Assembly: GCA_963666985.2 (NCBI GenBank)
Contig: CAXXIA010000002.1
Location: forward strand, 2,016,001-2,080,000
Source of the DNA: Spirochaetia bacterium
GTDB taxonomy: Bacteria; Spirochaetota; Spirochaetia; DSM-2461
DNA length: 64,000 bases
Reading direction: 5' to 3'
Position 1 is the first letter of the stretch; every line of letters starts with the position of its first letter. The notes beneath the pieces are model-generated. The model saw only the letters and a program-made list of their open reading frames with translations, was not told where the DNA came from and ran no database searches. Shown piece by piece: positions 1 through 10,144 of the stretch. The position numbers were made by a program, and so were the translations under genes.

Positions 1-1919
1 CAGGCGGTCTCATCCCGTCTCGGCGCGGTCTGCTGGAGATAGATGAGCTGCATCAGCGTTTCAAGGTCCCTCTTCGAAGCGTTTCCGCTCAGTCCCTCGT
101 GCGTTCCGTAAATGAACGGTTCGATGTCCAGGGTTTTTCCGGCGAGATTCTTTCGGAGATCAACAAGCGAAAAATCGCCCAAGCCTCCCTGCGAAACGGC
201 GTCGGCGGCGTATTGCGCGGAAACATACTCAGAGTCATCCACCAAAGAGGTGCCTCCCGGACTGACGGCTTGGAAGAGGATTTCGTCTTCTTTAAAGTCG
301 GTGGTTTTCAGCAGCACCACCGCGCCGTTGGAAAGCACCCAGGTTTGAATCCCGGTACCCTCGATTTCCGAACGCGAGATGATTTTCCCCGGTGCGGGCG
401 TCTCTTCCACAAGGGGGCCCGCGGCGGACGAATCTTCCCAGGGCTCAATCTCGGCGGTTTGAGTCCGTTCCAGGACGTCCCGGATTTCACTCTCTGATAT
501 ATCCGTAATGGCCGGAACCGACGGCCCTTTAACGAGAACCACGCGGTTCTTTTCGGTAAGAAGAGTATCGGCGACAGCCTGCACGTCTTTCAGACCGATG
601 CCGGGCAGAAGATCCTGAACCGTATTCCATTGCCAGTCGATGGAGGGGTAGGAGTCGTCCATGAGATACGCATCCAGAAGGATATCGACGATGGAGGATG
701 ATTCCATATCGTCTCTCTGCCGCCAGAAATTCTCGAAAGATCCGGTGAAATCCTCTTTGGCCCGTGTCAGTTCGCTCTCCGTAAATCCGTACCGCCGGGT
801 CCGCTCGGCCTCGGTAAGAACGGCCTCCAAACCGCCGAGCGCTTCATCTTCGGGGATGGCCGCGGCCAGTCCCGCCAGGGATGTTTTCGGTGTGTAAGTC
901 GTTGAAAAACCGTAGCCGTAGAGGAACGGAGGATCTTCGCTGCGGCTCAATTCCGACAGACGGTTATTGAGCATCCGGTAGAAAAGACTTTCCGCGAGTT
1001 CCTGCTTAATCTGGGGCCGGAATCGAGCCTCGGGCGGATCGTACTTCACATAAACTTGAACGCTCGCCCCGGTCGCCTCCGGATCGTGGATGACTTTTAT
1101 CAGCGTTTCATCGTGATCGGGAATGGGATATTCGGGCCTGGGCCGCGGATTTTGCGGATTTGGATGACCCCCGAAGCGCGCCTTGATCAGCCGAACCGTT
1201 TCCTCCGGGTCAAAGTCTCCGACGGCGATAACGGCCATCAAATCGGGCCGATACCAGTCGCTGTAGAAGCGGAGCAGAGTCTCCGGCGGTGCGTTGGCGA
1301 CAATATCCATGTCGCCGATGGGCTTTCTTTCCGCGTAGCGGGAACCCCGAAAGAGAACGGGATAAACCTCGTCCTGCATTCTGGTCTCCGCGCTTCGGCC
1401 CATGCGCCATTCTTCCTGGATAACGCCGCGTTCCTTCTCGACTTCCTCCGCGTCGAAGGTCGCATGGAAAGCCCATTGCTCCAGAACGTCGAGACCCAGA
1501 AGGAACTGATCCTTATCTTCACTGCTGACATTGAGCCGGTAGACCGTCTGATCGAAGGATGTGTAGGCATTAATCTCCGGACCGAATTCCATGCCGAAGG
1601 ATTCCAGAACATCCACGAGTTCCCGGCCGGGAAATTTTTCGGTTCCGTTGAAGAGCATATGCTCGACGAAATGGGCCAGACCGCGCTGGTCTTCATCCTC
1701 CAGGGTTGAACCGGCCTTTACCGCCAGGCGCAGTTCGGCCATGCCGGCGGGTTTGTCGTTGGAGCGAACGTAGTAGGTCAGTCCGTTCTCCAATGTCCCG
1801 GTGAGAACGTCCGGATCGTTGGGAATAAGATCTTCGCTTTGGGCCCTGGCGAAGAGGGAAGCGGCGAACACGATGAAAAGAACAGGAAAAGCAAGTATGC
1901 GTCGAGCGTGAGGGGTCAT
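1..1919 (-). CDS. M16 family (insulinase/PqqL-like) zinc peptidase, exported; 3' end runs off the window
   Basis: Manual translation from ATG 1919: signal peptide MTPHARRILAFPVLFIVFAASLFA, then GTLENGLTYYVR...VKAGSTLEDEDQRGLAHFVEHMLFNGT with the inverted HxxEH zinc motif. Absent from the ORF track because no stop falls in the window. Confidence 0.9.
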   Translation of the reverse strand, partial: MTPHARRILAFPVLFIVFAASLFARAQSEDLIPNDPDVLTGTLENGLTYYVRSNDKPAGMAELRLAVKAGSTLEDEDQRGLAHFVEHMLFNGTEKFPGRELVDVLESFGMEFGPEINAYTSFDQTVYRLNVSSEDKDQFLLGLDVLEQWAFHATFDAEEVEKERGVIQEEWRMGRSAETRMQDEVYPVLFRGSRYAERKPIGDMDIVANAPPETLLRFYSDWYRPDLMAVIAVGDFDPEETVRLIKARFGGHPNPQNPRPRPEYPIPDHDETLIKVIHDPEATGASVQVYVKYDPPEARFRPQIKQELAESLFYRMLNNRLSELSRSEDPPFLYGYGFSTTYTPKTSLAGLAAAIPEDEALGGLEAVLTEAERTRRYGFTESELTRAKEDFTGSFENFWRQRDDMESSSIVDILLDAYLMDDSYPSIDWQWNTVQDLLPGIGLKDVQAVADTLLTEKNRVVLVKGPSVPAITDISESEIRDVLERTQTAEIEPWEDSSAAGPLVEETPAPGKIISRSEIEGTGIQTWVLSNGAVVLLKTTDFKEDEILFQAVSPGGTSLVDDSEYVSAQYAADAVSQGGLGDFSLVDLRKNLAGKTLDIEPFIYGTHEGLSGNASKRDLETLMQLIYLQQTAPRRDETA

Positions 1920-2009
1920 GACATAGAATATAGATCGTTCCGGGAAAAGCGACAAATGACAGTTCCGAAAGGGATCTTCTTTGTCCCGGTTCTATACGGT
2001 ACTCCTCGG

Positions 2010-2258
2010 TTACCAGCTGGCCCCGGCGTCGATGGACTTGGCGAACTTCAGATTCCCGTTTGTATTGTCAAGATAGCTGATGTAGACATTGTTACCATTA
2101 GCGGCCAGAGAAGTGTACTGACCGACATCGCCTGTTGAATCAACCGTCTGAATCCCCGTCCAGAGTCCGGAGCCGGGATTGGCGGAGCCTGTATCACAGC
2201 CCGCAAGAAAAATCACCGAAATCGCTACGGTTATTAAAAAACAGAGTTTGACTTTCAC
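2010..2258 (-). CDS. Short lipoprotein with a single beta-propeller/BNR-like repeat; possible gene remnant
   Basis: GTG at 2258 preceded by AAGGAG; lipobox IFLAGC; VDSTGDVGQYTSLA...ISYLDNTNGNLKFAKSIDAGASW resembles one blade of a repeat protein, then a stop. Confidence 0.55.
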   Translation of the reverse strand: MKVKLCFLITVAISVIFLAGCDTGSANPGSGLWTGIQTVDSTGDVGQYTSLAANGNNVYISYLDNTNGNLKFAKSIDAGASW

Positions 2259-2409
2259 GGCTTGTCTCCTTGAGAATCGCTGATCTGCCAAAACGGAGTC
2301 CAGCACGTTTTTAGGAGAAGTATATCAAGAGGGCGTGTTGTATTACTACGGATTAATATGAGCTTCAACGTAATGTCTGTCCGCTTTGAAATCCAAGCAG
2401 GCTTTCATT

Positions 2410-3259
2410 TTAATTCCGCCCACAGTGTTCGGCATCTTTTTCGCCGAGCAAATTTCCGATGTGTTTGGTTTCAAAAAACATTTTTCTATTTGCTAGGACG
2501 ATGAATACGGCGGCAAGGGCAATGATGAATGTTTCAATGCATTTTGTTTGCGGAGTCATGGCAATTTTTTCTTGAAGAAAATTCACGAATAAATGAAACA
2601 CGATACAGGCAAGCATGCTGCGGTTGTTTTTTACATACACCCATGTTGTTAAAAATCCCAGCGGGATAACACTTATTAAGAAATTGACGGCATAACCGGT
2701 TCCCAGGTGAGCAAGACCCGAATGATATGTTCCATTGATGAAGAAAAGCGGAAGATGCCAAAGAGACCAGATAAAACCAAAAATGATGGATTCTCGAAAC
2801 CAACTGCAATATTCGGCGATGGAATCTTCTCCGTATCCTCGCCAGCCGACTTCTTCAATAACGGAGGCCAGTAAGATTGTGAGAAGAGCCGAGACGCCTT
2901 TAATGGAAAACGAAAAACCTTCGGTTAATGAAAACTGATTAATGGATTGGCCGAACAACACAGAGACAAGGATTGAAATCGCCACAATGATAAAAAAAAG
3001 AACAACGGCCAAGATGATATTCGTCAATTTTATGCGATAAAATCCCCAAATCTTGCGTTTCAGATCAAGCTTCAAGTTTTTGCTCTTTGAGAAAAGAACC
3101 ATAATTACCGCGGTAACCGCCGGAACAAAAAGTCCCAACGACATAACCGCCAGTGCCATATCGCTGTTTCGGATGAACATGGACATTATCCAAAAAAGCC
3201 ATGTGAATCCGAAAACAAATAAATAAAATCGAACAGGACGATATTTATATTTTTTCCAT
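2410..3259 (-). CDS. CPBP (CAAX/Abi) intramembrane glutamic endopeptidase; apparent +1 frameshift just after the start codon
   Basis: EEVGWRGY, FIWSLWHLP and FHLFVN motifs in ORF 2410..3186. The natural-looking N-terminus (MEKYKYRPVRFYLFVFGFTWLFW) needs one A removed from the A6 run at 3250-3255. Confidence 0.85.
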
Positions 3260-3403
3260 TTTTATCTTCCGGCTTTTAAGATTCAATGTGGAAATGCCGC
3301 CGATTAGTGTAACACGGTTTAAGTATGGAAATGATTAGAAAATGATTATATGCGGATTCTTATGAGAAATCTTCCGGGCTTAATCGGGTTAATCGGCGGC
3401 CTC

Positions 3404-5287
3404 TCATCCGAAAACCGGATTGAACGCCGTTTCCAGAAGCTGTTTCGTGTAGGGATGCTGCGGGGCTTCAAACACCCGGGCGGCCGGACCGCTTTCCACG
3501 ATTTTTCCGTTTTTCATCACCGCGATTTCATGGCAAAGGTCGCGGACCACGGCCATGTCGTGGCTGATGAAGAGGTAGCTCAGGTTGTGGCGGGCCTGGA
3601 GTGTTTTAAGCAGTTCAATCACCTGGAACTGGATGGAGCGGTCCAGGGAACTGGTGGGTTCGTCCAGAACGATGAGCCGGGGCTTCAGGACCAGGGCCCT
3701 CGCCAGGGCGATGCGCTGCCGTTGTCCGCCGGAGAACTGATGGGGGTAGCGGCCCTTGAGTGAAGGATCGAGTCCCACTTCCAGCATGGCCTCTTCGATG
3801 AGTTGCCCGCGATTGTTCTTCTTTCCGATATTGTGGATTTCCAGGCCTTCACCGATGATGCGTTCCACCGAAAGGCGCGGGCTGAGGCTTCCGAAGGGGT
3901 CCTGAAAGATAATCTGGATTTCCTTCCGGAGCGGCCTCATGGCGCCGCGGTCGAGTCCGTTGAGGGATTGGCCGCCGTAGACGATGTCGCCCTCGCTGGT
4001 TTCCAGTCTGAGAAGGGCTTTGCCCAGAGTGGTTTTTCCCGAGCCGCTTTCGCCGACCACGCCCAGGGTTTGCCCTTCACGGATAGCGGCGCTTATTCCA
4101 TCCACGGCTTTTATGAATCCGACGGTTTTTCTGAAGAATCCCCGCTGTATGGGGAAGTGGACTTTCAGGTCGCGGAATTCGGCGAGGATGGGTTTTGTGG
4201 TGTCCAGTGCCGGAGAAACTTCGCCCGGTTCGGCGTCCAGCAGGGATTTTGTGTAAGGATGAGAGGGCGCGGCGAACACGTTCGCGGTTTTGCCTTCCTC
4301 GACGATGTCGCCGTTGCGCATAACGGCCACGCGTTCGGCGAAGCGGCCGACGATGCTCAAATCATGGGTAATGAAGAGGACGGCCATGCCGGTTTCGGCC
4401 TGGAGTTTTTTGATGAGGGTGAGGACTTCGGCCTGTATGGTAACGTCCAGGGCTGTGGTGGGTTCGTCGGCGATAAGGATTTTGGGGTGATTGATCATGG
4501 CCAGGGCGATCATGACCCTCTGACGCTCGCCGCCCGAGAGCTGGTGCGGGTATGCGTTCAGGCGTTTCTCGGCGTCGCGCAGTCCGACGCGGTTCAGCCA
4601 GTCCAGGGCGAGCGGGGCGGCCTCGGCCGACGGGAGCCGCCTGTGCAGGAGCACCGATTCTGTCAGCTGCTTTTGAATGGTGTGCAGCGGGTTCAGGGAG
4701 GTCATCGGTTCCTGGAAAATCATGCCCGCGTTGTTGCCGCGGACGGAGCGGAGGTCGGCTTCGGAGGCCTCAAGGACGGAGATGCCGTCGAAGTGAATGC
4801 TTCCGCCGGTGTAGGCCACCAGGGATTCGGGGTAGAGGCGGAGTACGGACTGCGCGGTAACGGTTTTGCCCGATCCGCTTTCGCCGACGAGCGCCAGGGT
4901 TTCTCCGGCGGAGAGATCCAAGTCTATGCCGTGAACGACTTCGTTCAGTTCGTCCCCTTTGCGGAAGGCGATGCGCAGTCCGCGGATGGAAAGGAGGGGG
5001 GTGTTGTTTTCAGCAGGCTCGGTCTGTTGCGGTGGGGATGAGGAGTTCCGCCGGTTTCCTGTATCTTCCGCGGATTGCGCGCCGTTTTTAATCGGCTCGG
5101 TTGGCGGCTTGGGCTGATCGGAATTGGTGCCGCCGACCGGGAATGGCGCTTCGCCGGTTGTGCCGCTCGCGGAAGTACCGGGGGCTGTGGGGCATCGACC
5201 GGCTCCCTTCCGGCTGTCGGAAGAGCCGCCGCCGATACCGTCCGGAATAAACCGAATTCGCGCCCAGGGGTCATCCAAATACATCAT
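3404..5287 (-). CDS. yejF: Peptide/microcin C ABC transporter fused dual ATPase (YejF-like) with long N-terminal extension
   Basis: Two Walker A motifs GESGSGKT, signatures LSGGERQR and FSGGQRQR; ATG 5287 overlaps the upstream stop (ATGA). Confidence 0.85.
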   Translation of the reverse strand: MMYLDDPWARIRFIPDGIGGGSSDSRKGAGRCPTAPGTSASGTTGEAPFPVGGTNSDQPKPPTEPIKNGAQSAEDTGNRRNSSSPPQQTEPAENNTPLLSIRGLRIAFRKGDELNEVVHGIDLDLSAGETLALVGESGSGKTVTAQSVLRLYPESLVAYTGGSIHFDGISVLEASEADLRSVRGNNAGMIFQEPMTSLNPLHTIQKQLTESVLLHRRLPSAEAAPLALDWLNRVGLRDAEKRLNAYPHQLSGGERQRVMIALAMINHPKILIADEPTTALDVTIQAEVLTLIKKLQAETGMAVLFITHDLSIVGRFAERVAVMRNGDIVEEGKTANVFAAPSHPYTKSLLDAEPGEVSPALDTTKPILAEFRDLKVHFPIQRGFFRKTVGFIKAVDGISAAIREGQTLGVVGESGSGKTTLGKALLRLETSEGDIVYGGQSLNGLDRGAMRPLRKEIQIIFQDPFGSLSPRLSVERIIGEGLEIHNIGKKNNRGQLIEEAMLEVGLDPSLKGRYPHQFSGGQRQRIALARALVLKPRLIVLDEPTSSLDRSIQFQVIELLKTLQARHNLSYLFISHDMAVVRDLCHEIAVMKNGKIVESGPAARVFEAPQHPYTKQLLETAFNPVFG

Positions 5288-6465
5288 ACGGCTTTCCTCG
5301 GATCGAACGCGTCCCGGACGGCTTCTCCGGCGAACACCAGAAGAGCCAGGATGAGGGCCAGAACGGTGAATGCGGTGAGGCCGAGCCACGGTGCCTGGAG
5401 GTTGGCTTTGGCCTGGGCCAGAAGTTCACCCAGGGAGGGGGAGCCGGGCGGCATGCCGAAACCCAGGAAATCCAGGGCGGTGAGCGAGGTGATGGCGCCG
5501 CTTAAGGTGAAGGGCATGAAGGTAAGCGTGGCCACCATGGCGTTGGGCAGAACGTGGCGGTAGATGATGAGCCGGTCGGAGAGACCCATGGCTTTGGCGG
5601 CCAGAACGTATTCGAAGTTCCGGGCCCGCAGGAATTCGGCCCGAACCACGCCGACGAATCCCATCCAGCTGAAGAGAAGCATAATGCCCAAAAGCCACCA
5701 GAAATTCGGCTGGATGACGCTGGAGAGGATAATCAGGATAAAGAGCGTGGGCAGGCTGCCCCAGACTTCAATAAACCGTTGACCCAGGATGTCGAGTTTC
5801 CCGCCGTAATAGCCCATGAAGGCTCCGGCTGAGACGCCGACGACGGAAGAGACGATGGTGAGTGTGAGTCCGAAGAGGACGGAGACCCGGAAGCCGTAGA
5901 TAACACGGGCCAGAACGTCCCGGCCGCGGTCGTCGGTGCCCAGAAGGTTTTCCCGCGTGGGCGGGGAGGGCGCGGGCCGGGGCAGGTTGTAGTTGATGGT
6001 GTTGTAGCTGAACCGGATGGGGGGCCAGAGCATCCAGCCTTGTCCGGTGATGAGTTCCTGTACGTAGGGGTCGCGGTAATCGGCGGTTGTTTCGAATTCG
6101 CCGCCGAAGGCTGTTTCGGGATAATCCGTGAACACCGGGAAGTAGGTGCGTCCGCCGCAGCGGACGATGAGGGGCTTTTCGTTGGCCAGGAACTCGGCGA
6201 AGAGACTCAAGGCGAAAAGGACGCAGAAAATCCAGGCCGAGATGAGGCCGAGTTTGTTGTTTTTGAAGCGGCGGATGCGTTCGGCCGTGAGGGTGTCGGC
6301 CGAGGCGGTGGGGATGGAGCGGGCTGCATCGCCGGGAGCGGCTGGGGGAGCGGTTGTAGTGGAACGGGTGGATGCGGCGTTTTTTGCGGCACCCTTTTTG
6401 CTGTGCTGCCTCTTCGGCCGCGAGCTGACTTTTTCGCGTTCATCCCCGCTGTTCTTACTGTTCAT
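5284..6465 (-). CDS. yejE: Peptide ABC transporter permease (YejE-like)
   Basis: YPETAFGGEFETTADYRDPY, LGTDDRGRDVLARVIYGFR and GEAVRDAFDPR are typical of YejE. Confidence 0.9.
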   Translation of the reverse strand: MNSKNSGDEREKVSSRPKRQHSKKGAAKNAASTRSTTTAPPAAPGDAARSIPTASADTLTAERIRRFKNNKLGLISAWIFCVLFALSLFAEFLANEKPLIVRCGGRTYFPVFTDYPETAFGGEFETTADYRDPYVQELITGQGWMLWPPIRFSYNTINYNLPRPAPSPPTRENLLGTDDRGRDVLARVIYGFRVSVLFGLTLTIVSSVVGVSAGAFMGYYGGKLDILGQRFIEVWGSLPTLFILIILSSVIQPNFWWLLGIMLLFSWMGFVGVVRAEFLRARNFEYVLAAKAMGLSDRLIIYRHVLPNAMVATLTFMPFTLSGAITSLTALDFLGFGMPPGSPSLGELLAQAKANLQAPWLGLTAFTVLALILALLVFAGEAVRDAFDPRKAV

Positions 6466-7610
6466 CAGACGGACCTCCCCTCGAAGTCGATTCGGGGATC
6501 GATCACGGTGTACATCAAATCAGAGATGAGCCCGAGGATGAGTCCCAGCAGGGTGGAGATGTAAAGCGTGCCGAACATCACCGGATAATCGCGCTGCATC
6601 ACCGCTTCCAATCCGAGGAGTCCCAGTCCGTTCAGGGAGAAGATGGTTTCAATGATGGTGGAGGACGTGAAGAGCATGCTGATGAAGGCTCCCGGGAAAC
6701 CGGCGATAACCAGGAGCATGGCGTTTCGGAAAACGTGACCGGCAAGGATTTTCTTCTCGGTCAGACCTTTGGCACGGGCGGTCATAACGTACTGCTTGCC
6801 GATTTCATCCAGGAAGGAGTTTTTCGTCAGCAGCGTCAAAGACGCGAATCCACCGATGAGCATGGCCGTGAGCGGCAGCACCAGATGCCAGAAGTAGTCC
6901 AGGATTTTCATGCCGAAACCGAGGTCTTTCCAGTTTGGTGAAATGAGTCCTCTCAGCGGGAAGATTTTCAGGTAGGACCCCCCGGCGAAGAGAACGATAA
7001 GAAGAATCGCGAACAAAAAGGACGGTACGGCATTGCCGAAAACCACCACGGCACTGGTCCATCGGTCGAATCGGGAACCGTCCCGGACGGCTTTACGAAT
7101 CCCCAGAGGGATGGAAATCAGGTACACCAGCAGCGTAGTCCAGAGTCCCAAGGAAATGGAAACCGGCATGCGTTCCACGATGAGTCCGATAACGCTGCGT
7201 CCTTTAAAGAGACTGTCGCCGAAATCGAATCGCAGATAATCCCGGATCATGTTGAAATAGCGGACGTGAAGCGGTTTATCGAATCCGAAGCGTTTTTCTA
7301 TTTCGGCTATGGTTTCCGGTGCCAAGCCGCGGGCTCCTCGGTAGGAGCTCCCTTTGTCCGTGCCGTTCCCGCCTCCGGTCGCGGAGCCGGATTGATCGGC
7401 GCTTTGCCGGCCCCCCGCACCTCCGGCTTCCATTTGACCGCTTCCCGAGATACGTTCCATCACCATGTTGGAGTTCATGCCCCGTGCTTCGGCCAGGGCC
7501 TGATCCACCGGACCGCCGGGGGCTACCTGAACGATGAAGAAGTTCACCGTGATGATGGCCCAGAGCGTGGGGACTATCAGCAGCAGCCGGCGAAGAATGT
7601 AGGATCCCAA
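6465..7610 (-). CDS. yejB: Peptide ABC transporter permease (YejB-like)
   Basis: TTG start 7610, just after the yejA stop; [43 protein letters not shown]. Confidence 0.9.
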   Translation of the reverse strand: MGSYILRRLLLIVPTLWAIITVNFFIVQVAPGGPVDQALAEARGMNSNMVMERISGSGQMEAGGAGGRQSADQSGSATGGGNGTDKGSSYRGARGLAPETIAEIEKRFGFDKPLHVRYFNMIRDYLRFDFGDSLFKGRSVIGLIVERMPVSISLGLWTTLLVYLISIPLGIRKAVRDGSRFDRWTSAVVVFGNAVPSFLFAILLIVLFAGGSYLKIFPLRGLISPNWKDLGFGMKILDYFWHLVLPLTAMLIGGFASLTLLTKNSFLDEIGKQYVMTARAKGLTEKKILAGHVFRNAMLLVIAGFPGAFISMLFTSSTIIETIFSLNGLGLLGLEAVMQRDYPVMFGTLYISTLLGLILGLISDLMYTVIDPRIDFEGRSV

Positions 7611-7611
7611 A

Positions 7612-9537
7612 TCAGTTCCTCGGCAGCTTGGCGGCCTTTTCTTCGTCGAACCACCAGGTGTCGACGCCCAGGCTGTATTTGGGAATGGTTTCCGGTTTGC
7701 CGAACTTGTTCCAATAAGCCACCCGGAAAGAACTGTTGTGCCATTGGGGAATGGCGTAATGACGCCACTGGAGCACCCGGTCCAGGGCCCGTCCCCAGGG
7801 CAGAAGGGCCTGATTATCGTTTTGATTGGCAACAATGCCTTCTATCAGGTAATCAATCACATCATCCTGAACCCGGGCCGCATTGTAGGAGGATTCCAGA
7901 TAATCGGAATGCCATTCCAGTTTCAAGCCGCCGCCGTCCGGGTAGAATCCGCCCCCCAGGCTGCTGGTAAGCATGTCGTAATCACCGTTGCGAAGGCGGT
8001 TGAGAAATTGAGTGGTATCCACCATATGGATGTTCATGGTGATGCCCATTTTCTTCAGGTTCTCCTGGAAGGGAATGGCGATGCGTTCTTCGGTTGGGCT
8101 GTAAATAAGGAATTCGAACTCAAGTGGTTCGCCTGTGGCGAGGTTCGTCATGACCTGATCCCGCACCTCATATCCGGCTTCTTTGAGAAGTTCTCCGGCT
8201 TTGGTGATTTGGGCTCTGATCTGGCCGCTGCCGTCGGTTTTCGGCGGCATGTAGGGAGCTTCGAAGACTTCCTTCGGAATCTGATCGCGAATGGGTTCCA
8301 GGATTTCGAGTTCCTCCGGAGATGGGGTGCCGAGAGCCTCGAACGGTGTGTTCTGGAAGTAGCTGCGGGTGCGTTCGTATTGACCGTAGAACAGATTCTT
8401 GTTGGACCATTCGAAGTCGAACGCGTAGCTTATGGCGTCCCTGACTCTCTCGTCTGAGAAGACCGGCCGGGAAACGTTGAATACGAAGCACTGCATGCCC
8501 GGCGGAATTTCATGAGGGATTTCTTCTTTTCGAATGTATCCGGCATCGAAATTCGGACCGCTGTAGCTGGTGGCCCACTGCTTGGAAGAGTTCTCCTGAC
8601 GGAAGTCAACTTCACCGGCCTTCAGGGCTTCCAGCTGAACCGAAGTGTCCCGGTACATGTCGTAGCGGATATAGTCGAAATTCAAGGTTCCTTTTATAAC
8701 CGGAAGATCCATGGCCCAGTAGTCTTTCAATCGTTCATACACGACATACTGCCCCATGGCGTAATCGGAAACCGTGTAGGCGCCGCTGCCCAGCGGAACT
8801 TCTGTAATGGGTTCGCTGAAGTCCCGGCTTTCCCAGAATTGCCGCGGGAAAATTGATTGACCTCCCAGGGAGATAAGCATGTCCTTATCGCCTTTTTCCA
8901 AGGTAAATTTGACTTGATGTTCATCCAGGGCTTCCACCGAGGTGACCGGTTTGTAGTAGGTCTTCGCGAAAGGGACGCCCTTTTCCAGGATGATATTGAA
9001 CGAATAGACCACATCTTCGGCCGTAATGGGTTTCCCGTCCTGAAAGCGGGCTTCCGGCCGGATATGGAAGATAATCCAGTCGTATTCGGGGGGATATTCC
9101 ATCTTCTCGGCGATGAGTCCGTAGTAGACTTCGATTTCATCGGCGCCAGCCGTGAGCAGCGAATCATTGATGGCCGAGCAGGCCGGAGCCATGTCGCCTC
9201 GAAGAGCCCAGCGGTGAAAAGTATCGAAAGTTCCTGTAGAGGCCAATACCAGCGTTCCGCCCTTGGGAGCATCGGGATTCACATAGTCGAAATGATCGAA
9301 GTCCGCCGGATATTTGGGTTCGCTACGCAGGGAAATGGCGTGCGTAACGATAACTCCGTCTTCGTTGGGAATCTCCACGGGATTCGGCGGAACGGTTCGG
9401 TTGATTTCGGCGGTCGGCTTTTCTCTGCCGGCCGAAGAGGTGCCGCCGTTTGCGGCATCGGAAGAACCGTCTCCGCCGCCGCAGGAAAATAAGAAAACCG
9501 CAAGTCCCAAAAGGAGTGTACATCCGAGTCGTTTCAT
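7612..9537 (-). CDS. yejA: Peptide ABC transporter substrate-binding lipoprotein (YejA-like)
   Basis: Lipobox [48 protein letters not shown] and RALDRVL are family motifs. Confidence 0.9.
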   Translation of the reverse strand: MKRLGCTLLLGLAVFLFSCGGGDGSSDAANGGTSSAGREKPTAEINRTVPPNPVEIPNEDGVIVTHAISLRSEPKYPADFDHFDYVNPDAPKGGTLVLASTGTFDTFHRWALRGDMAPACSAINDSLLTAGADEIEVYYGLIAEKMEYPPEYDWIIFHIRPEARFQDGKPITAEDVVYSFNIILEKGVPFAKTYYKPVTSVEALDEHQVKFTLEKGDKDMLISLGGQSIFPRQFWESRDFSEPITEVPLGSGAYTVSDYAMGQYVVYERLKDYWAMDLPVIKGTLNFDYIRYDMYRDTSVQLEALKAGEVDFRQENSSKQWATSYSGPNFDAGYIRKEEIPHEIPPGMQCFVFNVSRPVFSDERVRDAISYAFDFEWSNKNLFYGQYERTRSYFQNTPFEALGTPSPEELEILEPIRDQIPKEVFEAPYMPPKTDGSGQIRAQITKAGELLKEAGYEVRDQVMTNLATGEPLEFEFLIYSPTEERIAIPFQENLKKMGITMNIHMVDTTQFLNRLRNGDYDMLTSSLGGGFYPDGGGLKLEWHSDYLESSYNAARVQDDVIDYLIEGIVANQNDNQALLPWGRALDRVLQWRHYAIPQWHNSSFRVAYWNKFGKPETIPKYSLGVDTWWFDEEKAAKLPRN

Positions 9538-9680
9538 CCCGCCTCCTACGCCTCAGAATATGGGAAACGGAGAGAGCGGTCAAACCTGTAGAATGATGAG
9601 CGTGTCATATTATTTCTTGAATGAGTACAGGTGTAAGAATTACGGGAAATGGTCGGATGAAAGGTTGGTTCCAGCGGCAT

Positions 9681-9713
9681 AAAAACAGGAGCCTGTCCAA
9701 GGGGCAAGCTCCT
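9681..9713 (-). terminator. Probable intrinsic terminator after the lipoprotein gene
   Basis: Minus-strand stem AGGAGCTTGCCC/GGACAGGCTCCT followed by GTTTTT. Confidence 0.55.
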
Positions 9714-9731
9714 ACTGATCATCTCAAGAAA

Positions 9732-10133
9732 TTATTTGGATAAAGTATATTCGTAATCGCCTATGGTAATAGTGGTGCCGCTTGTAATGGTTACAACTTT
9801 TGTCGACGTAGAACTTGAATAAGAACTGACAACATCGAATGTGAAGGTAATATTATTATCTTCGTCTGTTGATTGAACTATATCGCCGCTTATTGTATAG
9901 GTAATAGTACCCATTGTTCCGCCGCCGTAAAACGTCAATGCCGTAGAACTGAAGGTATAGGTCATTGTTGAATTAGTAGTCATATACCAAGTTGTCCCAA
10001 CCAAATCACTATAACTCGCTACGGTGATTCCCGTATCGGTACTCCCTGTTGCATCTTCACACGAACCCAATATCATTACGACCGCAAGCAGAAGTAAAAC
10101 CGATAAACCCTTGAAAAAAGCACCTTTTTTCAT
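9732..10133 (-). CDS. Small Thr/Ser-rich lipoprotein of unknown function
   Basis: GGAG RBS; signal MKKGAFFKGLSVLLLLAVVMILGSC; directly downstream of the TonB-dependent receptor. Confidence 0.75.
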   Translation of the reverse strand: MKKGAFFKGLSVLLLLAVVMILGSCEDATGSTDTGITVASYSDLVGTTWYMTTNSTMTYTFSSTALTFYGGGTMGTITYTISGDIVQSTDEDNNITFTFDVVSSYSSSTSTKVVTITSGTTITIGDYEYTLSK

Positions 10134-10144
10134 AGTTAAGCTCC

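Noticed and set aside
1..1919. PqqL/FusC-style iron-piracy link between the M16 peptidase and the TonB locus
   Set aside because: About 8 kb and several unrelated genes separate them, and the peptidase appears to have its own promoter.
3803..5041. Long antisense ORFs (for example 3803..5041+, 53919..55286+, 58254..59549-, 62745..63767-)
   Set aside because: Shadows of well-supported genes in GC-rich sequence, with no motifs of their own; 53919..55286 also overlaps tRNA-Gly.
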